64,000 nucleotides of DNA from Gemmatimonadales bacterium (GTDB lineage Bacteria > Gemmatimonadota > Gemmatimonadetes > Gemmatimonadales > GWC2-71-9), in the NCBI GenBank assembly GCA_965249575.1, contig OZ252244.1:1888001-1952000 (forward strand), in the 5' to 3' direction. Both the position numbers and the translations under genes were made by a program. Under the pieces are notes generated by a model. That model was not told the DNA's origin, did not search any database, and was given only the letters and a program-made list of their open reading frames with translations. Shown here in pieces: positions 1 through 10,181 of this stretch. Each line of letters starts with the position of its first letter. Positions within the stretch are counted from its first letter, which is position 1.

Positions 1-342
1 GTTCGAGAGGGCCGGCGCCCGGGACAGCTCGTCGACATAGGTTCCGTCCACGAACACGAGTCGATTCCCGGCACCAACGTGCAACGAGCATCGATCGACC
101 GCACCAGGATTCCCGTTCCACATGCGGTGCCCGGGATGAACGAAGGCCGTTTCGGTGACCGGCCGTACGCTGGTGAAGCGCCACTCCTCCTGTCGGGTAG
201 TCGGGAATCCGACGTCCGTAAAGCGGTTCATGGCCGATTCCCGAAACTCCCGGAGCCATGTCGGTGAGGTACCCGCCCCGTTTCCCTGAAGAGCCTCGAA
301 CGCTTCGACGTATTTCTCGACGGCGGCTGCCGAATTGGTCAT
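1..342 (-). CDS. sufD: Fe-S cluster assembly protein SufD (N-terminal part, runs off the window)
   Basis: Manual translation from ATG at 342: MTNSAAAVEKYVEAF...WLREFRESAMNRFTDVGFPTTRQEEWRFT (SufD FPT..EEWRFT motif); follows sufC. Confidence 0.85.
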   Translation of the reverse strand, partial: MTNSAAAVEKYVEAFEALQGNGAGTSPTWLREFRESAMNRFTDVGFPTTRQEEWRFTSVRPVTETAFVHPGHRMWNGNPGAVDRCSLHVGAGNRLVFVDGTYVDELSRAPALSN

Positions 343-355
343 GATCGCATCCCGG

Positions 356-1111
356 CTAGGCGACGGCCGCTTCGGCCTTGACCCAGTCGTAGCCCTTGGC
401 TTCCAGCTCGAGCGCGAGCTCTTTCCCACCCGACTTGACGATCTTCCCGTCGGTCAAGACGTGGACGCGGTCGGGTACGATGTAGTTGAGCAGGCGTTGA
501 TAGTGGGTAACAATCACCGTTGCCTTCTCCGGCGAACGAAGCTTGTTCACGGCGCCCGCGACGGTCTTGAGCGCATCGATATCCAACCCGGAGTCGGTCT
601 CGTCCAGTACTGCGAGCTTGGGCTCGAGTACCGCGAGCTGCAGAATCTCGTTCCGCTTCTTCTCACCGCCGGAAAACCCCTCATTGACCGGTCGATTCAT
701 CAACGAATCGTCCCAACCGATGACCTTCAGCTTTTCCTCGAGCAATTCGATGAAATCGAGGGCGTCGTACTCTTCCTCGCCGCGCGCCTTTCGGATGGCG
801 TTAACCGCGGCGCGCAGGAAGTAGGAGTTCGTGATGCCCCGGATGGCAACGGGATACTGGAAGGCGAGGAACACGCCCGCCCGGGCGCGGTCCTCAGGCT
901 CCATGTCGAGTAGGTCCTCGCCCTCGTAGAGCACAGACCCCTCCGTGACGGTATAGGCAGGGTGCCCGGCCAACACTTGAGTGAGCGTGCTCTTGCCCGA
1001 GCCATTCGGACCCATGATGGCGTGGACCTCGCCGGGCTCGACGTCGAGGTCGATACCCTTGAGTATGGCGTTGCCGCTGGCCGACGCGTGGAGGTTCCTT
1101 ATCTTCAGCAT
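356..1111 (-). CDS. sufC: Fe-S cluster assembly ATPase SufC
   Basis: GPNGSGKST Walker A, FLAFQYP, GFSGGEKKRNEILQ, LDETDSGLDID. Confidence 0.97.
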   Translation of the reverse strand: MLKIRNLHASASGNAILKGIDLDVEPGEVHAIMGPNGSGKSTLTQVLAGHPAYTVTEGSVLYEGEDLLDMEPEDRARAGVFLAFQYPVAIRGITNSYFLRAAVNAIRKARGEEEYDALDFIELLEEKLKVIGWDDSLMNRPVNEGFSGGEKKRNEILQLAVLEPKLAVLDETDSGLDIDALKTVAGAVNKLRSPEKATVIVTHYQRLLNYIVPDRVHVLTDGKIVKSGGKELALELEAKGYDWVKAEAAVA

Positions 1112-1155
1112 TCCGTGTCAATCTCCAGATATCTCGTATTGTTTGAAGCTGCGCT

Positions 1156-2589
1156 TCACCCGACGCTACCCTCGAGGCTGATCCCCAAGAGGCGTTGTGC
1201 CTCGACGGCGAATTCCATCGGCAATTCCCGGAAGACCTCTTTACAGAACCCGTTGACGATCATCGAGACCGCGTCCTCCGCCGAGAGCCCTCGCTGCCGG
1301 CAGTAGAAGATCTGGTCCTCACCGATCTTCGAGGTGGACGCCTCGTGCTCCATGATCGCCGTGCTGTTCCGAACGTCGATGTATGGAAACGTGTGTGCCC
1401 CGCATTCATCGCCGATGAGCATCGAGTCGCACTGCGAGTAATTTCTCGCACCCTCCGCGTTTTTCATGATCTTCACGAGGCCCCGGTAGGTATTCTGCCC
1501 ATGCCCCGCCGAAATCCCTTTTGAGACGATCGTACTGCGGGTGTTCTTTCCCAGGTGAATCATCTTCGTCCCGGTGTCCGCCTGCTGCCGGTTGTTCGTG
1601 AGCGCAACCGAGTAGAACTCCCCGATGGAGTTGTCTCCCCGGAGGATGCAACCGGGATACTTCCATGTAATAGCTGACCCAGTCTCAACTTGCGTCCACG
1701 AGATCTTGGAGTTCCTGCCCAAGGCATTCCCGCGCTTTGTCACGAAGTTGTAGATACCACCACGCCCTTCCGCGTCTCCGGGATACCAGTTTTGGACGGT
1801 CGAGTACTTGATGGTGGCGTCGTCAAGGGCCACGAGCTCGACCACCGCCGCATGAAGCTGGTTCTCGTCCCGAATAGGAGCCGAACATCCTTCCAGATAG
1901 CTGACGTAGCTCCCTTCCTCGGCGACGATCAATGTGCGCTCGAATTGCCCGGTCATGGAGGTATTGATCCGGAAGTAAGTCGATAACTCCAGCGGGCAGC
2001 GAACCCCTTTGGGAATGAACGCGAAGGAGCCGTCGCTGAATACCGCCGAGTTGAGCGCCGCGAAGTAGTTGTCGTTGTAGGGCACGACCGTGCCCAAATA
2101 CTGCTCTACCAATTCAGGATGATCTCGCACTGCCTCGGAGAAGGGGCAGAAGATGACCCCGTGCTCGGCGAGCTTTTCCTTGAACGTCGTTGCGACCGAA
2201 ACCGAGTCGAATACAGCGTCGACTGCCACGCCCGCCAAACGCTTCTGCTCCGAGATCGGGATGCCAAGCTTGTCGAACGTCTCCAGGATCTTGGGATCGA
2301 CCTCGTCCAACCCCTTGAGGAGTTTCTTGGGCTTGGGGGCCGAGTAGTAAATGATCGATTGGTAGTCGATGGGCGGATAGGTCACGTTCGCCCAGCTCGG
2401 CTCCTTCATGTTTACCCAATGCCGATAGGCCCGGAGTCGCCAGTCCAACATGAAATCTGGCTCGCCCTTCTTGGCAGATATGAGGCGGATGACGTCCTCA
2501 TTGAGCCCAGCGGGGACGACCTCGGACTCGATGTCGGTGACGAATCCGTATTTGTATGGCTGCAGGACCTGCGCTTCGACGCCCGTCAT
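1156..2589 (-). CDS. sufB: Fe-S cluster assembly protein SufB
   Basis: [44 protein letters not shown]; start set at ATG 2589 (MTGVEAQ). Confidence 0.97.
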   Translation of the reverse strand: MTGVEAQVLQPYKYGFVTDIESEVVPAGLNEDVIRLISAKKGEPDFMLDWRLRAYRHWVNMKEPSWANVTYPPIDYQSIIYYSAPKPKKLLKGLDEVDPKILETFDKLGIPISEQKRLAGVAVDAVFDSVSVATTFKEKLAEHGVIFCPFSEAVRDHPELVEQYLGTVVPYNDNYFAALNSAVFSDGSFAFIPKGVRCPLELSTYFRINTSMTGQFERTLIVAEEGSYVSYLEGCSAPIRDENQLHAAVVELVALDDATIKYSTVQNWYPGDAEGRGGIYNFVTKRGNALGRNSKISWTQVETGSAITWKYPGCILRGDNSIGEFYSVALTNNRQQADTGTKMIHLGKNTRSTIVSKGISAGHGQNTYRGLVKIMKNAEGARNYSQCDSMLIGDECGAHTFPYIDVRNSTAIMEHEASTSKIGEDQIFYCRQRGLSAEDAVSMIVNGFCKEVFRELPMEFAVEAQRLLGISLEGSVG

Positions 2590-2605
2590 TAGATCTCCTG
2601 ACTGA

Positions 2606-3289
2606 TTACGATGCCGCTTTGCCCCCGTCCATGGCGGACTCGGCGCGCTGGCTGACCGAGTACTCGCAGGCATTGCACCCAGCCGGGATGTGAGCGCGTC
2701 GCGTAACGTCCCGCCCGAGTACGTCTCGGAGAAAACGCTCCTCAGCCGCGCAGATCTCGGGGAACTGCTCGGCGACCGCCTGCACGGCGCAGTTGTGGTG
2801 CGAGATGGTTACCGCGTCGAGATCCTCGGACCAGTCGGCCATGAATCCTTGCTCGCTAAACAAATCGACGACGGCCTGCACACGCTCCGGCAGCGTCGCA
2901 TCGCCGAGCTGCGTCCGGAGCACGTCTGCCTGTCGCCCGAAACGTGCTGCGAAGTACCGGTTCACTTCCTCGCGGCCCCGGCTCTTCTCCAGAAACGAGA
3001 GCAGCTCGGTTAGCGCTTCCTGGTACCGCCGCGGGAAGATCAACTCGCCCTCGGCGGTGAGCCGATACACGAGACTCGGAGCACCCTGACCTCGCTGCTC
3101 GCGCCCATAGTGAACCAAGCCCTCGGCCTCGAGTTCCTTAAGGTGGCGGCGTATCGCATTGGCAGACACACCGTGCCGAGCCGCCAACTCGCCCGCGGTG
3201 AGCGGCTGCGCCCTCTTGAGCTCGAGCAGGATCTTGCCCCGCAATCCCTTATGAGCAGCTAGTCCCGGTGCCGTCATCGACTCATGCAT
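2606..3289 (-). CDS. sufR: SufR-like HTH transcriptional regulator with Fe-S-binding Cys motif
   Basis: N-terminal wHTH ([28 protein letters not shown]), C-terminal NC-x12-C...GCNAC; first gene of suf operon. Confidence 0.8.
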   Translation of the reverse strand: MHESMTAPGLAAHKGLRGKILLELKRAQPLTAGELAARHGVSANAIRRHLKELEAEGLVHYGREQRGQGAPSLVYRLTAEGELIFPRRYQEALTELLSFLEKSRGREEVNRYFAARFGRQADVLRTQLGDATLPERVQAVVDLFSEQGFMADWSEDLDAVTISHHNCAVQAVAEQFPEICAAEERFLRDVLGRDVTRRAHIPAGCNACEYSVSQRAESAMDGGKAAS

Positions 3290-3318
3290 GGGCGCAAAAG
3301 GTAACTAAAGTTGTCGGG

Positions 3319-3346
3319 ATTATCAACTAAACGAACACTTTTGTTG
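3319..3346 (-). promoter_or_regulatory. Putative suf promoter -10 (GATAAT) and SufR-type operator CAAC-N6-GTTC
   Basis: AT-rich patch; minus strand CAAC-AAAAGT-GTTC (3333-3346) is one mismatch from the cyanobacterial SufR site CAAC-N6-GTTG; GATAAT at 3319-3324. Confidence 0.45.
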
Positions 3347-3533
3347 CCGAACTCATAACACTATTACTGATAACGATCTACGATGTGGCGCCCAACACGC
3401 CATCTGTCCTGATCACCACACTCAACCGTATGGTTGAGGATTGACGGTGCGCCGCGCCAAACCGGCAATGGCGTTCCAGTTGCGAGCCCTTACATTGGGG
3501 GCCCACCAAACTCCCGGAGCAACCGAGCGAGCG

Positions 3534-4094
3534 ATGACGATTCACCGAATCCGCCTTCTGGGTGATCCCGTTCTCCGGGCCAAGTGCGACCCGATTACCA
3601 ACCCGCGCTCGGCAGGGGTCCGGTTGGTCGCCGACGACCTCAGGGACACACTGCAGGATTGGAAGGCGCGCTTGGGATCCGGACGGGGGATTGCCGCCCC
3701 GCAGATCGGGGCGCCCATTCGCCTCGTTTACCTGGAAACCGAGAAGCCCTGGCTGTTGGTGAACCCCGAGATAGTCGACGTGGGTGAAGAGGACTTCCTC
3801 GTTTGGGATGATTGCTTCTCGTTCCCCGATCTCATGATCCACGTGCTGCGCGCCTATCGGATCAAAGTCAAGTACGAGGACGATCGCGGGAACTCCCACG
3901 TCATTGAAGTGGAGGGAGACGTCGCCGAGCTCCTTCAGCACGAAATCGACCACCTCGACGGCGTGCTCGCCGTCGACCGCGCAACCGGGCTAGACCCGTT
4001 TTGTCTCAAAGAGGAATGGAACCGTCACTACGGTGTCGCAGGCCGATATGGTAAGCCCGCAGCCCGGGAGTATTCCTACCCGCAAGTTCCCTAA
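3534..4094 (+). CDS. def: Peptide deformylase (variant WDDCFS motif)
   Basis: GDPVLR, GIAAPQIG, NPEI, DDCFS in place of EGCLS, QHEIDHLDG; start ATG 3534. Confidence 0.9.
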   Translation: MTIHRIRLLGDPVLRAKCDPITNPRSAGVRLVADDLRDTLQDWKARLGSGRGIAAPQIGAPIRLVYLETEKPWLLVNPEIVDVGEEDFLVWDDCFSFPDLMIHVLRAYRIKVKYEDDRGNSHVIEVEGDVAELLQHEIDHLDGVLAVDRATGLDPFCLKEEWNRHYGVAGRYGKPAAREYSYPQVP

Positions 4095-4106
4095 GCCCAG
4101 GTGACT

Positions 4107-4580
4107 CTACTCGGGCGCCCTCCAGCACTCCTCGCGCCGCTGCGTATCGACAACGTGCACGATCTTCCAGCTACCCGATGTCTTGATGAGCTGAATAGAG
4201 TCAACACCACAATGGCTGAACTCGCCGGCCCGGACAAAATCGTACTTGGTCCAGACTGCCGCGAGGTTGTCGTCAATGCGCACGTCCGAATCCCAAATAC
4301 GCTCGTCGAGGGTGCCTCCAGACCCGCCCACGGCGCTGATGAACGGGGCAATTGGGATGACGGAACTCACGGGGCTGCCGTCGCGCACGCTGGTCGTGAT
4401 GATCCGGGCGTTCGTATCGAAGATCTGCTGCAGTGCGACAGTGTCGGCCGCGCGCATCGCGTCGAAGAGTGCATTGATCGGCGCCATGACCGCCTCCTCG
4501 GCTTCGCTGAGCTGTTCGCTTCGCTCACCCCGAGCACACCCTAACGACAAGATCACGAGAAGACATGCGACCCGCTTCAT
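4107..4580 (-). CDS. NTF2/SnoaL-like fold lipoprotein
   Basis: Lipobox LSLGC after MKR; LDERIWD..VRIDDNLAAVWTKYDF..HCGVDSIQLIK...WKIVHV pattern. Confidence 0.75.
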   Translation of the reverse strand: MKRVACLLVILSLGCARGERSEQLSEAEEAVMAPINALFDAMRAADTVALQQIFDTNARIITTSVRDGSPVSSVIPIAPFISAVGGSGGTLDERIWDSDVRIDDNLAAVWTKYDFVRAGEFSHCGVDSIQLIKTSGSWKIVHVVDTQRREECWRAPE

Positions 4581-4676
4581 GAGTACCTCCGCCGATTGGT
4601 TTGGACCGATGAAGGTACGAGCCCTCGCCCAACCCGGCCAGCGCACTCGAGCCTTAGCGCTGGCTCACCCGCGGCC

Positions 4677-5098
4677 TTGAGTTCCGAACTGCAGACGGAG
4701 CGCTTTCACTGCACTCTCGAGGGATACTCCGATCGTATGGGAACCGCGACCGTGGATGTCGCACACCTCGACACGGTCAGCGGCTCGGGCGTGCCGGTGC
4801 CAGCCTCGCGCTGTGGTGGGCGGCAGGCGTGACCGCCGCGTTCGTCCCGCTGGCCCACCTCATCCTCGTGCCGGCCTGTGTAGTCGGAGGGACCTTCTAC
4901 CTGGTACGGGGGCTCAAGGCCCGCGCGATCGTCACCGCAGCGCACGGCGCCTGCCCAGACTGCGGTACCGAGCAGCCCCTGGAGCTCCAGGGACCATGGC
5001 CGCATGCCAAGGAGGTCGTCTGCCGCCGGTGCCATCGGCCGCTTCGTATCGCCGCGGCCGCTAAACCACCCGATAGCCCAGCCCAAAAAATAGGCTAG
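4677..5098 (+). CDS. Small membrane protein with C-terminal zinc ribbon, apparently frameshifted near 4775
   Basis: 3' frame reads RLGRAGASLALWWAAGVTAAFVPLAHLILVP...CPDC...CRRC; 5' part in another frame from TTG 4677. Confidence 0.5.
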
Positions 5099-5808
5099 CC
5101 CCTCGAGAGGTTCACCGCCGTTCCCGTGACCGCGTCCGCCGCCTCGCTCGCAAGAAATCCCACAGCGGCGGCAATCTCCTCGGGCGATAACCAGGTGCTA
5201 GTGTCCGCGTCAGGCATGCTCTTCCGGTTGGCTGGTGTATCGATGATCGTCGGGACCACCGCGTTTGCCGTAACGCCAAACGGCAGCAACTCTTTCGCCA
5301 GTGACTGTGTGAGGTTCCACAGCGCGGCCTTGGATGCACTGTAAGCAGTCATGTTCGCGGCGCCGTCTTCACTCGTGGCGGACGAGACAGTGACGATCCG
5401 ACCCCAGCCATTCGCTTTCATAAGCGGCGTGACCGCCCGGCAGCACAGGAAGGCGGTCGTCGCATTCAAGTTGAGCATGTGAAACCAGGTTGCGGGGTCG
5501 GACTCCTCGATTGGCCCGAATGCAAAGCCGCCGGCGATGTTCGCCAGTATGTCGACCCTACCGCTCGCGCGTTGGATGTCCTGGAACAGCTGGTCGACTG
5601 AATCCGCCGACGTCAGGTCGGCCTCGTGGAATTCGACGGATGCGAAGTTGTCCCCAAGGTATTGCTCAATCCCACGAGCCTCCCCACGGCGTGGCACGTG
5701 TACCCTGGCACCTTCCGTCACAAGTTCACGCACGACCGCCCGGCCCAGGGATCCAGTACCACCGGTGACGACGGCGACCCGCCCTTCGTGGTGTCCGGCC
5801 ATTCTCAA
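5095..5808 (-). CDS. SDR family NAD(P)-dependent oxidoreductase
   Basis: TGGTGSLG, NIAGG, YSASK catalytic motif, IIDTPANR. Confidence 0.92.
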   Translation of the reverse strand: MRMAGHHEGRVAVVTGGTGSLGRAVVRELVTEGARVHVPRRGEARGIEQYLGDNFASVEFHEADLTSADSVDQLFQDIQRASGRVDILANIAGGFAFGPIEESDPATWFHMLNLNATTAFLCCRAVTPLMKANGWGRIVTVSSATSEDGAANMTAYSASKAALWNLTQSLAKELLPFGVTANAVVPTIIDTPANRKSMPDADTSTWLSPEEIAAAVGFLASEAADAVTGTAVNLSRG

Positions 5809-5909
5809 TCTCCCCGCGTCGCACTCAATAGGTGATCCTCCCCCACCCGCGTTCGACCGCGGGGAGCAGCGCCGCGCCCGCCGGGGGTGGGGGGCGGCGG
5901 CCCGGGGAG

Positions 5910-7133
5910 TCAGCCATCGCCCAGGGTGGCGAGGAACTCCCCAATCGCGGCGCTGGTCGCCTTTGGCTGCTCTACCGGGGGCACGTGCGCAGTATCCTCG
6001 AGCAGCCGGTACGACGCTCCCGGTATAGCGCGGGCCATCGCGTGAGCGGATTCGGGTGGGACGAGCTGATCATCGGAGCCGGCAAGGACGAGAACGGGTA
6101 CGCCAAGTGATCCCAAGAGCGGCGTGGAGTCGGGCCTCTCTCGCATCGCCGACAGCGCGCCGACCATGCCGCCCGCGTCGTTATCCCGGATCATCGTCCG
6201 GATGTGAGCAGGCACTTTGGGGTCGCCGGCGAGCGTCGGTGCCGCAAGCAGTTTTGGCATCATCGCGTCGGCGAGCGCATCCAACCCGCGGGTCTCCACC
6301 AGGCCGATAGTGGCGCCGCGTCCTTTCCGAGCTTCCTCTGAGTCGGGTTCGGCACGGGTATTGGAGAGGATCAGCGCTCGAACCCGCTCGGGGAACCGCC
6401 GCACGAGCTCGAACGCTACATATCCGCCCATCGACAGGCCGCACACGACGACTCTAGTGACATCGAGCGCTTCCAGCAGCGCTTCGAGATCCCGGGCATA
6501 AGCCGCCATGGAATAGCCCTGCTCGGGCGCGTCGCTCAGACCAAAACCCCGGAGGTCGGGGGCGATCCGCCGCCAGGCGGTCAGCGACGCCATCTGGTCG
6601 CGCCACATCGTCCGGTCGAACGGGAACCCGTGGATGAAGACGATCGCCGGTCCGTCTCCCCTCTCCTCGAGAGCCAGAGAAACCGCCCCCACCGAGCGCC
6701 GCCTGGTCGTCCACCCCCGACCCGCCGGACGAGTCCCAAAGAAATCGGAGACCGCGTCCGGCAGTGGGGCCGGCTGACCGCGAGAGTCGACACAGACGAA
6801 CGTGAACTCTCCTACTGCTACGACCGCGCCGTCTTGAAGGCGTCGAGCGATCTGGTACAACGCAAAGCTCGTCCGGCCCAGTTGCGTCAGGTTCGAACTG
6901 AACTCCAGCCGGTCGCCCGGATAGGCCGAAGCGCTATAGTCGACCGCCGTCGAACGAACCACGGGCGAGACAGGCCCCGCTTTCCCGAAAATGCCAAGCA
7001 TCCCGGGCCCAGCGGCCATTGCCTCCCATCGCGCTCGCTCGAAGAGCCGCAGATAGGCGGCTTGATTCACGTGCCCGTAGGAGTCACAGTCGTCAGGATA
7101 GACGGTGAGTCGTACGCGTGGTACCAGGGTCAA
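5910..7133 (-). CDS. Fusion: YbgC/4HBT-like acyl-CoA thioesterase + alpha/beta hydrolase
   Basis: N-term DCDSYGHVNQAAY hotdog motif; C-term HGFP, GLSMGG nucleophile elbow, D..H triad. Confidence 0.85.
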   Translation of the reverse strand: MTLVPRVRLTVYPDDCDSYGHVNQAAYLRLFERARWEAMAAGPGMLGIFGKAGPVSPVVRSTAVDYSASAYPGDRLEFSSNLTQLGRTSFALYQIARRLQDGAVVAVGEFTFVCVDSRGQPAPLPDAVSDFFGTRPAGRGWTTRRRSVGAVSLALEERGDGPAIVFIHGFPFDRTMWRDQMASLTAWRRIAPDLRGFGLSDAPEQGYSMAAYARDLEALLEALDVTRVVVCGLSMGGYVAFELVRRFPERVRALILSNTRAEPDSEEARKGRGATIGLVETRGLDALADAMMPKLLAAPTLAGDPKVPAHIRTMIRDNDAGGMVGALSAMRERPDSTPLLGSLGVPVLVLAGSDDQLVPPESAHAMARAIPGASYRLLEDTAHVPPVEQPKATSAAIGEFLATLGDG

Positions 7134-7353
7134 TGCAGTCGTCCAGGCAAGTTTCAGGGTAAACTTAAGGCCCCAAGCCCGCGAGTGAGCGCCGCAGCGT
7201 GCAGTACGCCTGCGAGTGCGCGTTCCCTTCCGTGAGGCTAGTCCAACTCAGCGCCAAGAAGGCAGGCATGATACGGCTGTTTAGTCGACTACGGCTCACA
7301 ATCGCTCCGGAAGCGCGCTTTCGCCCAGCCGAATCCCCAACTGGAGCAAGCGG

Positions 7354-8526
7354 GTGCTGACGCCCCCGTTCGGCACGGCGGGAGCCGCCCGCCTGGTTAC
7401 CACACCCAAAGACCTATCCGCCCTCGTTGCGCGCCTGGCCGAGGCCGATCGGCTCGGGATCGATACGGAAGGAGCCTCGTTTCACCGCTATGTCGACCGG
7501 ATCTACCTGCTCCAAGTTAGCTCCGAGCAGGAAACGGCCATCGTCGACCCGCTAGCCATCTCGGACCTCTCCAGTTTCGGCCGTCTGCTGAGCGACCCGG
7601 CCATCGAACTGGTTTTTCACGATGCGGATTACGACCTCCGGACCCTCGATCGTGACTATGGTTTTCGGGCTACCAACGTTTTTGACACGCGCATCGCGGC
7701 GCAGCTACTCGGTGAGCCCGAAATAGGGCTAGGCGCATTGCTCGCGAAGTTCTATGGCGTTCGCCTCAACAAGAAGTTCCAGCGAGCCGACTGGTCGCGC
7801 CGGCCGCTGTCCGACGAGATGATTTCCTACGCCGCTTCTGATACGCGATATCTCCCCGCCTTGCGCGATGAGCTCGCGGGGCAATTGGCGTCTCGGGGTC
7901 GCGAAGGGTGGGCGGACGAGGAATTCGGCCGTCTCCAATCCGTCCGTTGGGGGGGCGCGGATTCGCAGGGGGAAGGCTTTCTGAAGCTCAAGGGGGCCAA
8001 GGCGCTCGGCCCGCGAGCGTTGGCTGTGTTGAGAGCCCTATACCAATGGCGCGAGGCCCAGGCCAAGGAATCTAACTCCGCCCCTTTCCGCATCATCCCG
8101 AACGAGGCGCTGGTGAAGCTCGCGGCGTCCGCGCCAGTCGATCCCGCGGCACTCGCAGCCGTGGAGAAGTTGCCCCGCTCCCTCGCCAGACGTTACGGCA
8201 CCGAGCTGTTACGCGTAGTTCGAGGGGCCCTCGGCTCCCCCGAGGACCAATGGCCCAGGATCGACCGGCCACGGCGCCCGAAGCCCGACCCGGAGGTGGA
8301 CGCGCGGCTCGAGCGGCTCAAGAGAATGCGAAACGATGCGGCGGCGGAGCTCGGGCTGCAGCCAGGCGTGCTATGCCCCAACGGGACGCTTCAAGCGGTT
8401 GCCCGGGTAGGACCGGAGAACTCGAAGCAGCTCGACGAGATTACGGACCTGCGCCGATGGCAACGTACCGCGCTAGGGGAGGCCCGGATCCTCGAAACGG
8501 TGCGCAGGCTGGAGCAGGCGGACTGA
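7354..8526 (+). CDS. rnd: Ribonuclease D (DEDD exonuclease + HRDC)
   Basis: IDTE, FHDADYD, FDTRIAA, QRADWSRRPL, YAASD; HRDC-like C-terminus. Confidence 0.9.
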   Translation: MLTPPFGTAGAARLVTTPKDLSALVARLAEADRLGIDTEGASFHRYVDRIYLLQVSSEQETAIVDPLAISDLSSFGRLLSDPAIELVFHDADYDLRTLDRDYGFRATNVFDTRIAAQLLGEPEIGLGALLAKFYGVRLNKKFQRADWSRRPLSDEMISYAASDTRYLPALRDELAGQLASRGREGWADEEFGRLQSVRWGGADSQGEGFLKLKGAKALGPRALAVLRALYQWREAQAKESNSAPFRIIPNEALVKLAASAPVDPAALAAVEKLPRSLARRYGTELLRVVRGALGSPEDQWPRIDRPRRPKPDPEVDARLERLKRMRNDAAAELGLQPGVLCPNGTLQAVARVGPENSKQLDEITDLRRWQRTALGEARILETVRRLEQAD

Positions 8527-8569
8527 GGGGCGACGTCCGGGGAGCGGAAGAAAGCGTCCGCCGACCCCG

Positions 8570-8866
8570 CTACATCCCGAAGTAGGCCCTCACCCGAGGA
8601 TCCATTCGCTCGGGCGTCCAATAGGGTTCCCAGACGATCTCGACATCGACGTTGTCAACGCCGTCGAGCGTTTGCACGGCAGCCTGCGTGTCTCCGACGA
8701 TTTCCGGGCCGGCCGGACATCCCGGGGACGTCAGGGTCATTTTGATGTGAACGTCACCGCCGTCGATGGCGACGTCATAGACCAACCCGATGTCGATGAT
8801 ATTCATGTCGAGCTCGGGATCCTTGACCCCTCGCAACACCTTTCGAATGGCATCTTCGCTCAGCAC
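8570..8866 (-). CDS. DUF59/SufT-type metal-sulfur cluster assembly factor
   Basis: VKDPELDMNIIDIGLVY, MTLTSPGCP, WEPYWTPERM. Confidence 0.9.
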   Translation of the reverse strand: MLSEDAIRKVLRGVKDPELDMNIIDIGLVYDVAIDGGDVHIKMTLTSPGCPAGPEIVGDTQAAVQTLDGVDNVDVEIVWEPYWTPERMDPRVRAYFGM

Positions 8867-8948
8867 GGCAACCTCCAGTTCGCGATCCGTACACCTTTAA
8901 GGTAACAGATGAGCCGTGTGGGGAAGTTTCCGGGAGCCGTAATGAACG

Positions 8949-10103
8949 TCAGCATGTCGCCCTCCTGGGACCCCTACAAACCATCTCCTGCAGCAGACTC
9001 GCCTCGTCGGCGACCTTACCGCGGATCACCTTGAGTCTCGAGATGGAGCGCGACGTCCGAGGAGCATAGACCCGGTTGGTCAATAGCACGACGAACAGGT
9101 TGCGGTCGGGATCGATCCAGAGCGACGTGCCGGTGAAACCGGTGTGACCGAAGCTAGCAGTACTGAGCCGAGTTCCGGTGTTGGCGCTCGACGTCGTGTC
9201 TCGTAGGTCCCAACCGAGCGCACGCGTGCCCGCAGTGCGGCGGGTGAAGCTCTCGAGAATCGCCGGGTCAACGAGAGGCTTCCCCCCAACCAAGCGGCCG
9301 TTCCGGAGATGAAACTGGGCGTACCGAGCGAGGTCGAGAGCCGTCCCGAACAGTCCCGCGTGCCCGGCAACGCCATTCAGCCTCGCGGCGTTTTGATCGT
9401 GCACCGATCCGCGAACGACGTGCCCGCGCCAGCGCCCATTCGGCGCGGTGTAGGGGCGAAGGCGTCGGGACGGATTGAACGTCGTCAGTGTCATACCCAA
9501 GGGGCGAAAGACGTGCTCAGTCGCGAAGGAGTCGAGGGGCATCCCACCAGCGTCCTCCACGATCCAACCGAGCAACATCGCGTTGAGATCGCTGTACACC
9601 GGTCGTCGCCCAGGATCCCATCGCAGCGGCTCTTCCATGACTATCCGCCTCGCCTCCCGAGCGTCAGCCGCGAGGTCGTTGAGGGGAAGGAATGCGCGGA
9701 TGCCGGACGTGTGAGCCAGCAGGTGACGGACGGTGACGCGTTCCTTCCTCTCGCCCGTGAAGTCCGCCAGGTATCGGAACACTGGATCATCGAGGCGAAC
9801 TCGGTTCCGTGCGACGAGCAACATGATCGACGGTGTGGTCGCGACCACCTTCGTGAGCGACGCCAGGTCATAGAGCGTACTGTCGGGGCGGGGAACACCG
9901 CTGCCGGCGGACCATGTCAGATGACCGTAACCCTTGGAACGAAGAATCGCGTCGCGGGTGCCTACAACCAGCACCGCTCCGGGATAGACGCCTGCCGTGA
10001 CTCCTTCGAGCACGGCACGATCGAGGGCTGGCGCTTCCGCGCTCTGCAACGCGACAGTCAGAAAGAGCAAGGCGCTCATGAGAACGAATAATACCGAGTC
10101 CAC
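8949..10103 (-). CDS. Serine hydrolase, beta-lactamase family (secreted)
   Basis: SLTK (SxxK), LLAHTSG, YSD, VHDQNA, GHTGFTGT; signal-like N-terminus (alternative start 10079). Confidence 0.9.
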   Translation of the reverse strand: MDSVLFVLMSALLFLTVALQSAEAPALDRAVLEGVTAGVYPGAVLVVGTRDAILRSKGYGHLTWSAGSGVPRPDSTLYDLASLTKVVATTPSIMLLVARNRVRLDDPVFRYLADFTGERKERVTVRHLLAHTSGIRAFLPLNDLAADAREARRIVMEEPLRWDPGRRPVYSDLNAMLLGWIVEDAGGMPLDSFATEHVFRPLGMTLTTFNPSRRLRPYTAPNGRWRGHVVRGSVHDQNAARLNGVAGHAGLFGTALDLARYAQFHLRNGRLVGGKPLVDPAILESFTRRTAGTRALGWDLRDTTSSANTGTRLSTASFGHTGFTGTSLWIDPDRNLFVVLLTNRVYAPRTSRSISRLKVIRGKVADEASLLQEMVCRGPRRATC

Positions 10104-10181
10104 CGGAGGCTGGGGGAGCTCTGCCGAAGTGGGCGTTGAACGACAGGCGGCGTATCTTGCGATGATACGAGCGAACGAAAG

